A stretch of 38,045 nt of DNA. It comes from Dehalococcoidia bacterium (GTDB taxonomy: Bacteria; Chloroflexota; Dehalococcoidia; UBA2247; RBG-13-53-26). Under the pieces are notes generated by a model that was given only the letters and a program-made list of their open reading frames with translations, was not told the origin of the DNA and did not search any database. Below are positions 20,218-28,741 of the stretch, piece after piece (position 1 is the stretch's first letter; every line of letters starts with the position of its first letter). The stretch covers positions 1-38,045 of the forward strand of contig JAFGCL010000077.1 of the NCBI GenBank assembly GCA_016932645.1. The letters run 5' to 3'. The position numbers and the translations under genes are program-made.

Positions 20218-20238
20218 ATACATAGTAATCCGATGTAT
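20218..20238. promoter_or_regulatory. Inverted repeat over the predicted transcription start; candidate PadR operator
   Basis: ATACATAG-TAATC-CGATGTAT, 7/8 match between arms, directly after the -10 box. Confidence 0.5.
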
Positions 20239-20258
20239 GCATCACGCGGGATTCCGGT

Positions 20259-21116
20259 GTGAGGAAGGTGGCCGTTATTGCGGACAGCATTGGCTGCATT
20301 CCGCGGGACCTCGTCGAGACCTTCGGGATCGAGATAGTTGCGCCTAACATCTACTGGGATGGCAGCGTCTACCGTGACTGGCTGGACATCAACCCCGGCC
20401 AGGCGTATGAGTTGCTCCAGAAAGACCCGGAGTCATTCTCCACTGCGGCCCCGTCGCCGGGTGATCTGGCGGATACCTATCGGAAGATCAGCCGGACTGC
20501 TGAGAGTCTGGTTTTCATCACTTTATCCTCCAGGGTCAGTACTCTGCACAATGCAGCTCTTGCCGCTAGAGGGTTGGTGAAGGACGAGTTGCCCGAAACG
20601 AGGATAGAGGTTCTGGATTCACGCACCTGCACAGGTGCGGAGGGCTTTGTGGTGATGGCCGCAGCCCGCGCGGCTTCTGAGGGGAAAGGCCTGGCGGAGA
20701 TCATCGATGAGGCCAAGAGTGTACGCGACCGGGTGGACCTGCTTTTCGTTCTGGACACCGTCCGCCATGCTTACAGGACGGGGCGGATTCCCAGGCTCGC
20801 TTCCCGAGTGGGATCTCTGCTCGATGTGAAACCGGTGATGGGCTGGTGGGACGGAGCGGCACGTTTTAAGGGCATGACCCGAAGCAAAGACAAAGGGATC
20901 GACCAGATCGTTGGCCTGATGCGCAGTCGCGTTCACGGGAAGCGGGTGCATGTTGCCGTTCATCACGCGGATGCGGCTGAGGAGGGAGAGAAGCTGAAGG
21001 AACGCGTGCGCAAGGAGTTCGACTGCGTTGAGTTGTGGCTCACCGAATTCAGCCCGATTATGGGCTATTCTGCCGGCAGAGGAGCTCTGGGCCTTGCATT
21101 CTACGCCGAGAAATGA
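20259..21116 (+). CDS. degV: DegV/FakB family fatty-acid-binding protein
   Basis: VAVIADS, STAAPSPGD, TLSSRVS, EVLDSR, TGRI, LLDVKP, VAVHHA, SPIMG...G. Confidence 0.9.
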   Translation: MRKVAVIADSIGCIPRDLVETFGIEIVAPNIYWDGSVYRDWLDINPGQAYELLQKDPESFSTAAPSPGDLADTYRKISRTAESLVFITLSSRVSTLHNAALAARGLVKDELPETRIEVLDSRTCTGAEGFVVMAAARAASEGKGLAEIIDEAKSVRDRVDLLFVLDTVRHAYRTGRIPRLASRVGSLLDVKPVMGWWDGAARFKGMTRSKDKGIDQIVGLMRSRVHGKRVHVAVHHADAAEEGEKLKERVRKEFDCVELWLTEFSPIMGYSAGRGALGLAFYAEK

Positions 21117-21215
21117 GATTCTAGGCAAGTGAATTGCTGGTGTCTTGTTGGGAGAAAGACGGTGAGATCTGTAATGATTCCGGTCTGGATGTGAAGAGAG
21201 AAAAAAGGGGGCGCT

Positions 21216-21548
21216 ATGGAGTATGGGAAGGAACTCTTGAAGGGAAGCACCGAGACGCTACTGCTCTCGCTGCTGCGGGGTCAGCCGATGTATGGCTACC
21301 AGATCATCAGAGAGTTGGAGAGCAGGAGCGGGGGCTACTTTAGATTCAGAGAGGGGACGCTCTATCCGGCGTTGCATCGACTGGAAGCAGCCAGGCTGGT
21401 GGAGGGGAGTTGGCGGAAGCTCCCGTCAGGCAAGGAAAGGCGGTACTACCAACTGACGGACAAAGGTCTGAGTTTGCTGGAAGTGAAGGTAGTCGAGTGG
21501 CAGGGTTTCTCATCAGCGGTAAATCTGATCATGGAGCCCGCCAGCTAG
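21216..21548 (+). CDS. PadR family transcriptional regulator (short subfamily)
   Basis: ELLKGSTETLLL, PMYGYQI, EGTLYPALHRLE, RRYYQLTDKG, W..F tail. Confidence 0.93.
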   Translation: MEYGKELLKGSTETLLLSLLRGQPMYGYQIIRELESRSGGYFRFREGTLYPALHRLEAARLVEGSWRKLPSGKERRYYQLTDKGLSLLEVKVVEWQGFSSAVNLIMEPAS

Positions 21549-21562
21549 GGGAAAGTTCAGAG

Positions 21563-22525
21563 ATGTCGGGCGAAGTCAAGAGCTCTCTCAATGCTCTCCG
21601 GCTGCAACTGAAGCTGGATCCTTCTTCGGAGAAGGAAATCCTGACTGAACTGTACGACCATTTCGAGGACCGGGTCGGGGAACTGCAGGAATCTGGACTC
21701 TCTGAAGAGGAAGCGATTGCTATAGCGTCGCAGGAGTTCGGGCCGTCAAACAAGGTGGCTGAGGAACTGAACGAGGTGCACAGCATCAGCAACTGGCCAC
21801 AGGCGGTCATGGCGGCGTTGCCCCACGTGCTCTTCGGGCTTCTCTTTGCCTTCCGCCAGTGGACCAATGCCTTCTGGCTGTCGATCATCATCATATCCGT
21901 GTTTGGTGCTGTGGCCTACGGATGGAAGCACAATAAGCCGACCTGGTTCTTCACGTGGTTGGGCTATGCGCTTGCTCCGTTTCTGGTCGTCGGCTTGGTG
22001 CTCCTCGACAAAGCGCTGGGCGCAGCGGACCTGTCCAGCTCCTGGTGGCTGTGGGCTTCCGTCGTGGTCTACTTCTCGATAGTGGCGGCAATATGCACCA
22101 TAATTCTGGTGCATACATGGAGACGGGATTGGCTGCTTGGGTCGTTGTCGACCCTGCCGTTCCTGGCTGTGATCGGATGGGTTCTCACAGATCGGTGGAA
22201 CAATGGCCTCATACAGGGTGGCGGGTTTCTCCACGGCCTTGAGCCGTGGATAGCTCTGAGTTTCCTGGCGTTGGCTGGCATAGTGATCATTTTCACCCGG
22301 CTGAAGAAACGCTGGTTGAGGGTTGGCGTCCTGCTGGTGGCCGCGCTTGTCATTCTCACCATGATGGCATCCGCCAGCGGCAGGAGTGTGAACTTGGCCA
22401 ATCTGGTAGTTCTGGCCATCATTGCTCTGGTCATTATCCTCGGCCCGGCCCTCGTGGACCGGCGGCTGGGTCCCCGGGAACAGGACGGCTGGGCGGGTTC
22501 CTGGGAGCGGCACTCCCGCGAGTAG
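21563..22525 (+). CDS. Polytopic membrane protein with N-terminal HAAS/permease-prefix helical domain
   Basis: EILTELYDHFEDRVGELQESGLSEEEAIAIASQEFGP, then about 8-9 hydrophobic segments; starts 14 nt after the padR stop. Confidence 0.8.
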   Translation: MSGEVKSSLNALRLQLKLDPSSEKEILTELYDHFEDRVGELQESGLSEEEAIAIASQEFGPSNKVAEELNEVHSISNWPQAVMAALPHVLFGLLFAFRQWTNAFWLSIIIISVFGAVAYGWKHNKPTWFFTWLGYALAPFLVVGLVLLDKALGAADLSSSWWLWASVVVYFSIVAAICTIILVHTWRRDWLLGSLSTLPFLAVIGWVLTDRWNNGLIQGGGFLHGLEPWIALSFLALAGIVIIFTRLKKRWLRVGVLLVAALVILTMMASASGRSVNLANLVVLAIIALVIILGPALVDRRLGPREQDGWAGSWERHSRE

Positions 22526-22561
22526 CGGCGAGAGGCGCAGAGCGGCAAATCAGGGATTCTA

Positions 22562-23248
22562 ATGCTAAGCAACATTCTGTGGATCATCGGCGCGTACCTG
22601 TACGGTGCGGTACCGGTGGTCTATCTCATCGGGCGGCTGAGGGGCGTGGATCTCTCTAAAGAAGAGGACATGCATATCAGCCTTTGGCGGAAGGTCGGCC
22701 GCGTCGAAGGGTTTTTCGGCATTCTCTGGGACGTGGTCAAGGGCGCGATCGCTGTGCTGGTGGTCGACCGAGGCTTCCACCTGGAGGACTGGGTGGTGGC
22801 CGGGGTGGGAGTGGCGGTGATCCTGGGGGAGATGTGGTCGGTGTTTCTCAAGTTGCGCGGTGAGAAATCCAATACCACCGGTATGGGCATGGCGGCTGCG
22901 CTGGTCTACCAGGCCATCCCGTTTATTCTGGTGCCGATCGTGATTGGGGCCGGCATCCGGACGATTCCCCGGTTCTTTCGCCGGGGTCAGAGCATGGATG
23001 AGCGCATGGAGTTGGGCGGCCCCCCCAGCCTTAGCCTGCCGCTGGGGATGTTCTTCGGCTTCGCCCTGTTCCCGCTGGGGTGCTGGGTGATGGATGCGGG
23101 GTGGTGGAGGATCGGAGCAGGGATCGCTCTCTTCGCGCTGATCGTGACCAAGCGGTTGACCGACGGGCTGACCGAAGACATCAAGAAGGAAGGCCTCAAG
23201 GCCGGTATTCTGGTGAACCGCATGCTCTTCGACCGCAGTCACATCTAG
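22562..23248 (+). CDS. Divergent PlsY-like (glycerol-3-phosphate acyltransferase fold) membrane protein
   Basis: AYLYGAVP...GVDL, DVVKGAIAV, ILGEMWSVFLKLRGEKS follow PlsY architecture, but the catalytic motifs are altered. Confidence 0.75.
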   Translation: MLSNILWIIGAYLYGAVPVVYLIGRLRGVDLSKEEDMHISLWRKVGRVEGFFGILWDVVKGAIAVLVVDRGFHLEDWVVAGVGVAVILGEMWSVFLKLRGEKSNTTGMGMAAALVYQAIPFILVPIVIGAGIRTIPRFFRRGQSMDERMELGGPPSLSLPLGMFFGFALFPLGCWVMDAGWWRIGAGIALFALIVTKRLTDGLTEDIKKEGLKAGILVNRMLFDRSHI

Positions 23249-23331
23249 GCGGCTTCTCTGTTAGGCCTCATCTGAAATCGACGTCATCTTCCGCTCGTTT
23301 CAAAACCTATCGGAATGCCATATAATTGGCC

Positions 23332-23922
23332 ATGATGAAGGCGACCCGTCTGGCTGACGATGTCGGCGTGCTGAAGCAGAGCCTGCCCCCGCTGCCGGAG
23401 CCCGTGGCCCATCCGGCTCTCATCGTCGTGAGCGGCCTGCCCGGCACGGGCAAGTCCTACTTCTGCCGCAAGCTGGCGGAGAGAATCGACCTGGTCATCC
23501 TGGAGAGCGACAGCCTGCGCAAGCTGCTGTTTCCCGCTCCTTCGTACAGCAAAGAGGAGAGTATACAGCTCTTCCGGGCCTGCCACGGGCTGGTCGAGGA
23601 ACTGCTGAGGAAAGGGATCAGCGTGGCGCTCGATGCCACCAATCTTGAAGAGCACAACAGGGAGCAGCTCTACCATATCGCGGACCAGTCCGGCGCAAAG
23701 CTGATTATCGTGCGCATAGAGGCGCCGCCGGAGTTGGTGCAGCAGCGGCTGGAGGGACGTGCGAGGAGGGTGGATCAGTCGGACCATTCAGAGGCGGACT
23801 GGGATGTGTACAGCAAGATGAAGCCGACGGTTCAAAAGATCAACCGCAACCACTTTGCCGTTGATAGCTCCAGGGACATTGCCCCAGTCATCGACAAGAT
23901 CGTACGTCTGGTGAACCGGTAG
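23332..23922 (+). CDS. Predicted P-loop kinase (AAA_33-like)
   Basis: VSGLPGTGKS, ESDSLRK, VALDATN, lid RLEGR, SEADW; TATAAT at 23321-23326 immediately upstream; start could be 23332 or 23335. Confidence 0.8.
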   Translation: MMKATRLADDVGVLKQSLPPLPEPVAHPALIVVSGLPGTGKSYFCRKLAERIDLVILESDSLRKLLFPAPSYSKEESIQLFRACHGLVEELLRKGISVALDATNLEEHNREQLYHIADQSGAKLIIVRIEAPPELVQQRLEGRARRVDQSDHSEADWDVYSKMKPTVQKINRNHFAVDSSRDIAPVIDKIVRLVNR

Positions 23923-23963
23923 TATGTGCAACAAGTCATTTGGCTTGGCACCCTCGCCCGGAC

Positions 23964-23984
23964 CCTCTCCCATCAAGGGAGAGG
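23964..23984. repeat. Perfect GC-rich hairpin (REP-like or terminator-like)
   Basis: CCTCTCCC-ATCAA-GGGAGAGG, no U-tract. Confidence 0.5.
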
Positions 23985-24000
23985 AAATCTCATGCCCACC

Positions 24001-24074
24001 GGGGCGTGCAGAGGGGCGCAGCTCCTCTGCGTCTCTCCTTTCCCCCTTTGCTAAAGGGGGACCGAGGGGGATTG
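24001..24074. repeat. REP-like composite palindromic element, copy 2
   Basis: GGGGCGTGCAGAGGGGCGCAGCTCCTCTGCGT...TCCCCCTTTGCTAAAGGGGGA-CCG-AGGGGGATTG; matches 5164-5233. Confidence 0.65.
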
Positions 24075-24115
24075 GCTAAGGCGAACAACCAAAAGGAAAA
24101 GAGAGGAGACCGGAA

Positions 24116-25618
24116 CTGGAAATCAAGGTAGTTATCGGCGATTGCACCAAAGTAGAGGCTGACGCCGTCATCGTCAACCTGTTCGAAGGCGTGACCCAGC
24201 CGGGGGGTGCGACGGGGGTGGTCGACAAGGCGCTCGACGGCGCGATTACCCAGCTCATTGCCGCCGGCGAGATCAAAGGGAAGTCAGGGGAATTGACGCT
24301 GGTTCACAGCCTGGGCAAGATACCGGCCAAACGCGTGGTAGTGGCTGGCTTGGGGAAGCAGGCGCAGTTCAACGTCGATTCCATCCGGCGCGTGAGCGCC
24401 GAGGCCAGCCGCTTTGCCCGGAGCAAAGCGGCCAGGAGGGTGGCTACTATTGTGCACGGGGGTGGGGTGGGCGGCGTCGAGCCGGACAGGGCGGCACAGG
24501 CTATCACCGAGGGCGCGATCCTGGGGCTGTACCGGTTCCGCAGGCACATGTCCAAGGAACCGGATAATGGTGATATCCAGGAGCTTCTCATTGTCGAGAG
24601 AGACGAAGCCAAGCGTGCACAGTTAGAGAAGGGGCGTGATGTCGGCAGCGTGGTGGCGGAAGCGGTCGTCTTTGCCCGCGATATGATCAACGAGCCGGCC
24701 AACTTCATGACGCCCAGCATTATGGCTGACATTGCCCGAAACCTCGCTAGTGAATGCGGGATGGAGCTGACGGTGCTGGAGCGTCCGCAGATGAAGGAAA
24801 TGGGGATGGGCGGGCTGCTGGGCGTGTCACAGGGCAGCCATCAAGATCCCAAGTTCATTGTCTTGTCCTACAAGGGTGATGCAGGGTCACCGAAGACGGT
24901 GGGTCTGATTGGCAAGGGCATCACTTTCGACTCCGGCGGCATTTCGCTGAAGCCGTCTGAGGACATGGGCGAGATGAAGGGTGATATGGCTGGCGGCGCT
25001 ACGGTCATGGCTGTCATGCGGGCGGTGGGGAGGCTGAAGCCGAAGATCAATGTGACGGCTGTCATCCCGGCAACCGAGAACCTGCCGGGCGGCAGCGCTC
25101 TGAAGCCGGGCGACGTCATTAAAGCCATGAATGGGAAGACCATCGAGATCATCAGCACCGATGCTGAAGGGAGGCTGATCCTGGCCGACGCCCTCTCGTA
25201 TGCGGTGAAGAACGGTCTGTCTCCGGCAGTGGACGTAGCGACTTTGACCGGTGCGGTCCGGGTGGCGCTGGGGGATGTGACGGTGGGCGTGTTCAGCAAC
25301 AATGATGAGTTATCGAAGAAGGTGATGGTGGCGGCGGCCGAGGTCGGTGAGCGAATGTGGCAGATGCCGATGTTTGAGGAGTACAAGGAGCAGTACAAGA
25401 GTGACGTGGCAGACGTCAAGAACACCGGGGGAAGGTACGGAGGCGCCATAACGGCGGCCCAGTTCGTTGGCGAGTTTGCGGGTGATACCCCCTGGGTTCA
25501 TCTGGACATAGCCGGCACATCTCTGTCCAAGAAAGAGAAAGGTTACGTCGTGAAAGGCGCTACCGGGGTTACGGTGCGCACACTGGTCAATCTAATCGTG
25601 AATCTGGAGGCGGAATAG
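24116..25618 (+). CDS. pepA: Leucyl aminopeptidase (M17), probable CTG start
   Basis: GKGITFDSGGISLKP, MKGDMAG, STDAEGRL, DVATLTGA, WVHLDIAG; in-frame N-terminal extension (M)EIKVVIGDCTKVEADAVIVNLFEG from CTG 24116, with GAGGAG 7 nt upstream. Confidence 0.95.
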   Translation: MEIKVVIGDCTKVEADAVIVNLFEGVTQPGGATGVVDKALDGAITQLIAAGEIKGKSGELTLVHSLGKIPAKRVVVAGLGKQAQFNVDSIRRVSAEASRFARSKAARRVATIVHGGGVGGVEPDRAAQAITEGAILGLYRFRRHMSKEPDNGDIQELLIVERDEAKRAQLEKGRDVGSVVAEAVVFARDMINEPANFMTPSIMADIARNLASECGMELTVLERPQMKEMGMGGLLGVSQGSHQDPKFIVLSYKGDAGSPKTVGLIGKGITFDSGGISLKPSEDMGEMKGDMAGGATVMAVMRAVGRLKPKINVTAVIPATENLPGGSALKPGDVIKAMNGKTIEIISTDAEGRLILADALSYAVKNGLSPAVDVATLTGAVRVALGDVTVGVFSNNDELSKKVMVAAAEVGERMWQMPMFEEYKEQYKSDVADVKNTGGRYGGAITAAQFVGEFAGDTPWVHLDIAGTSLSKKEKGYVVKGATGVTVRTLVNLIVNLEAE

Positions 25619-25648
25619 CGCAGTGTTGTTAGTTTGGAGGTGGTGATC

Positions 25649-26296
25649 ATGAAGATCAAGTGGCTGGGACATGCGTCATTCCTGATAACCTCTGACAGCG
25701 GGGTGCGGGTGATTACCGACCCGTATGCCCGGGGTGGGGGGATCGACTATGGACCGATCCAGGAGACGGCGGAAATCGTGACCGTGAGCCACAAGCACCA
25801 GGACCACAACAATGTTGGAGCGGTGAAAGGCAAGCCGACAGTGGTGGATGCGCCCGGGGCGAGGAGTGTCAAAGGCATTGATTTCCTTGGGGTAGCCAGC
25901 TACCACGACGGGACCAAGGGGGCACAGCGCGGCCCGAACATAATCTTCTGCTTCACGGTTGACGGCGTCCGCGTTTGCCACCTGGGCGACTTGGGCCATG
26001 ATCTGGATGCGGCAAAGGTAAAGGAGATAGGCGCGGTGGACGTTGCACTCGTGCCGGTGGGTGGGTTCTACACCATAGATGCCAGGCAGGCCGCCGCCGT
26101 ATGCGAGGCGCTGAAACCCAAGGTCGTCATTCCGATGCACGTCAAGACGGCGAAGTGCGACTACCCTATCACGGGAGTCGAGGATTTCCTCAAGGGGCGG
26201 AAGAACGTGAATCGGGTGGCTGCGAGCGAGATGGAGATCAAGAAGGACAAGCTGCCACTGGAGACAGAGACGGTTGTCCTGCAACACGCGCTATGA
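25649..26296 (+). CDS. Metallo-beta-lactamase-fold hydrolase
   Basis: MKIKWLGHASF, TDPY, SHKHQDH, CHLGDLGH, PVGG, IPMH; GGAGG Shine-Dalgarno. Confidence 0.9.
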   Translation: MKIKWLGHASFLITSDSGVRVITDPYARGGGIDYGPIQETAEIVTVSHKHQDHNNVGAVKGKPTVVDAPGARSVKGIDFLGVASYHDGTKGAQRGPNIIFCFTVDGVRVCHLGDLGHDLDAAKVKEIGAVDVALVPVGGFYTIDARQAAAVCEALKPKVVIPMHVKTAKCDYPITGVEDFLKGRKNVNRVAASEMEIKKDKLPLETETVVLQHAL

Positions 26297-26394
26297 GGCA
26301 GTGCTGTTCATGGACTGGCGCGTCACTTGAAACAGCCTGCGCTGGCCCGGCGTGACACTCGTGGATTCGGTAGTCTGACTGGTGAAGGTGGATT

Positions 26395-27738
26395 TTGAAG
26401 ATAGTCCGTGATGTGAAGAAAGCCAGAGCGACCCTGTTGAAGCGCACTCCTCCAGAAACGCAGGAGGGGCCTCCCTGGTTGAGGAAGAGAATAGAGGGAG
26501 CATTTGGCCGGCCGATGAGCCTGCAGGAGGTCGTGGAGTACATTCTCTCTGAAGTACGTGCCCGCGGTGATCAGGCTCTTCTGGAGTTCGAGTGGCGGCT
26601 GGATGGAGTCAAGATCAATAGCCTGGAGGTCACCGGGAAGGAGATGACCAAGGCCCGCTCCAGGGTGGACCGTGAGCTTGCCTCGGCACTGGAGTTGGCG
26701 TCCGATAGGATCAGGGCGTTCCACTTGAATTGCAGACGTGAGAGCTGGATGGACTTCGGCGAAGGAGGCTTGGGACAATGGATCCGGCCGCTGGATAGAG
26801 TTGGCGTGTATGTCCCTGGCGGCAAGGCCAGCTATCCGTCCACTCTTCTCATGACGGCCATACCGGCCAGAGTGGCCGGCGTTAAAGAGATCATCGTCAC
26901 CAGCCCTCCTGGTACTGACGGAGAGATATCGCCGGCGACCCTGCTGGCTGCGGAGATCGCTCGGGTGGACCGTGTGTTCAAGGTGGGTGGGGCACAAGCC
27001 GTTGCCGCAATGGCATTCGGCACCAAGACGATTCCAAAGGTGGATAAGATATGCGGTCCAGGCAACATCTTCGTTCAACTGGCCAAGAAGATGGTGTACG
27101 GGACGGTGGGCATAGATGGGTTCTATGGGCCGACAGAGACCATCGTCGTTGCTGACGACACTGCGAACCCGGCCTGCTGTGCGGCTGATCTCCTGGCGCA
27201 GGCGGAACATGACGCCATGGCCTCTGCTATCCTGATTACGCCTTCCGAGAAGCTGGCTACTGCAGTGAACCTGGAGGTTGACAAGCAGGTGGCACGACTT
27301 GGAAGACGTTCAGTGGTTGGCGAGTCACTCAAGGACAGGGGCGGTATCGTGGTGGTTCCGGACATGGACACCGCACTGAGCCTGGTGAATGAGTATGCCC
27401 CGGAGCATGTCTCCCTGATGGTCAACGATGCCTGGACCTGGGCGGAGAAGGTCAAGAACGCCGGCGGTGTGTTCGTCGGCGAAGACTCGCCGGAGGTCGT
27501 TGGAGACTACACTGCCGGCCCCAGCCACGTCATGCCCACCGGAGGCACTGCGCATTTCAGCTCGCCGGTCAATCTGGACGATTTCCTGAAAGTGACCAGT
27601 GTAGTAGCCATTAACCGAAAGACTCTGGGGAAGATTGGTCCGGCCGCGGCTGCGATAGCCAGGGCTGAGGGACTGGACGCGCATTCAAGGGCTGTTGAAG
27701 TGAGACTGGCCGGGAGACGAAGGAAGAAGAATGACTGA
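26395..27738 (+). CDS. hisD: Histidinol dehydrogenase
   Basis: GVYVPGGKASYPST, GGAQAVAAMAFGT, GPGNIFV, DLLAQAEHD, APEH, GDYTAGPSHVMPT, EGLDAH; TTG start. Confidence 0.95.
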   Translation: MKIVRDVKKARATLLKRTPPETQEGPPWLRKRIEGAFGRPMSLQEVVEYILSEVRARGDQALLEFEWRLDGVKINSLEVTGKEMTKARSRVDRELASALELASDRIRAFHLNCRRESWMDFGEGGLGQWIRPLDRVGVYVPGGKASYPSTLLMTAIPARVAGVKEIIVTSPPGTDGEISPATLLAAEIARVDRVFKVGGAQAVAAMAFGTKTIPKVDKICGPGNIFVQLAKKMVYGTVGIDGFYGPTETIVVADDTANPACCAADLLAQAEHDAMASAILITPSEKLATAVNLEVDKQVARLGRRSVVGESLKDRGGIVVVPDMDTALSLVNEYAPEHVSLMVNDAWTWAEKVKNAGGVFVGEDSPEVVGDYTAGPSHVMPTGGTAHFSSPVNLDDFLKVTSVVAINRKTLGKIGPAAAAIARAEGLDAHSRAVEVRLAGRRRKKND

Positions 27739-28741
27739 GATGGAACGTCCGTTTGAGGGTGAAGGGCTCGACATACCTACGGTGGAGTTGCCTCCGAAAG
27801 AAGGCTTGAAGGAGGAAGAGCCTGAAGCAGGAGATGCCGCAGCGGAGGCGCTCGAGGAACAACTGCCCAAGCTGGAAGAGAGTAAACCCGACGAGCCGAA
27901 AGATGTTGTCGGCATACGTTTCCAACGGGCCGGGAGAGTGTACTACTTCGCCCCCGCAGGCGTGGACTCAAAGCTGGGGGATCAGGTCGTGGCAGAGACT
28001 GAGCGCGGTTTGAAGATCGGCCGCGTGGTGATCGCACCCAAGCAGGTCATGGCCAGCCAACTGACGGATCCGCTGAAACCGCTACTTCGCCAAGCGACGC
28101 CGGAAGACTATGGAAGACTGGATAGTGTGCGGGTGAGAGAGCGCGAAGCCCTGTCCAGATGCGCTGAGCTGAGCAGCAAGCTGAATCTGCCCATCAAGGT
28201 ACTCACCGCAGAAAGCAGCCTCGATTGCAGCCATGTCACCGTCTTCTTCAGTGCGGAGGGACGTGTTGATTTCAGGCAGTTGGTACGAGAGTTGGCTTCT
28301 GCCTTGAGGGCACGCGTGGAGCTGCGTCAGGTTGGGCCGAGGGACGAGGCCAAACTGATGGGTGGCGTAGGGCGCTGCGGTTTCACGTTGTGCTGCGCCT
28401 CTTTTCTGACCGAGTTCAATCCACTGTCAATCAAGACGGCCAAGGAGCAAGGTCTCTCCCTCGAGCCGGCGAAGATATCCGGCACCTGCGGCCGCCTACT
28501 CTGCTGTCTGGGCTATGAGGCTGAATACTACCGGTCGATGAAGGGCAAGCTGCCGGGCATGAACAAACAGGTGACAACACCACTGGGTGATGGGGTCGTG
28601 GTTGGGGTGAATGCCATCAAAGAGACGGTGATGGTGCAGATGGAGAGCCAGGCCGCAGTCGAGTTCCCGGCTGCCAAGGTTACTCTGAAACCCCCAAGCG
28701 AAGCCCCCAAGAAGGGACAGCAGAGACCACGCAAGCGCTAG
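27731..28741 (+). CDS. ricT: RicT/YaaT (PSP1 domain) Fe-S protein
   Basis: VVGIRF...YYF, GRVDFRQLV, ELRQVGPRDEAK..GGVGRCG..LCC, KISGTCGRLLCCLGYE. Confidence 0.88.
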   Translation: MTEMERPFEGEGLDIPTVELPPKEGLKEEEPEAGDAAAEALEEQLPKLEESKPDEPKDVVGIRFQRAGRVYYFAPAGVDSKLGDQVVAETERGLKIGRVVIAPKQVMASQLTDPLKPLLRQATPEDYGRLDSVRVREREALSRCAELSSKLNLPIKVLTAESSLDCSHVTVFFSAEGRVDFRQLVRELASALRARVELRQVGPRDEAKLMGGVGRCGFTLCCASFLTEFNPLSIKTAKEQGLSLEPAKISGTCGRLLCCLGYEAEYYRSMKGKLPGMNKQVTTPLGDGVVVGVNAIKETVMVQMESQAAVEFPAAKVTLKPPSEAPKKGQQRPRKR

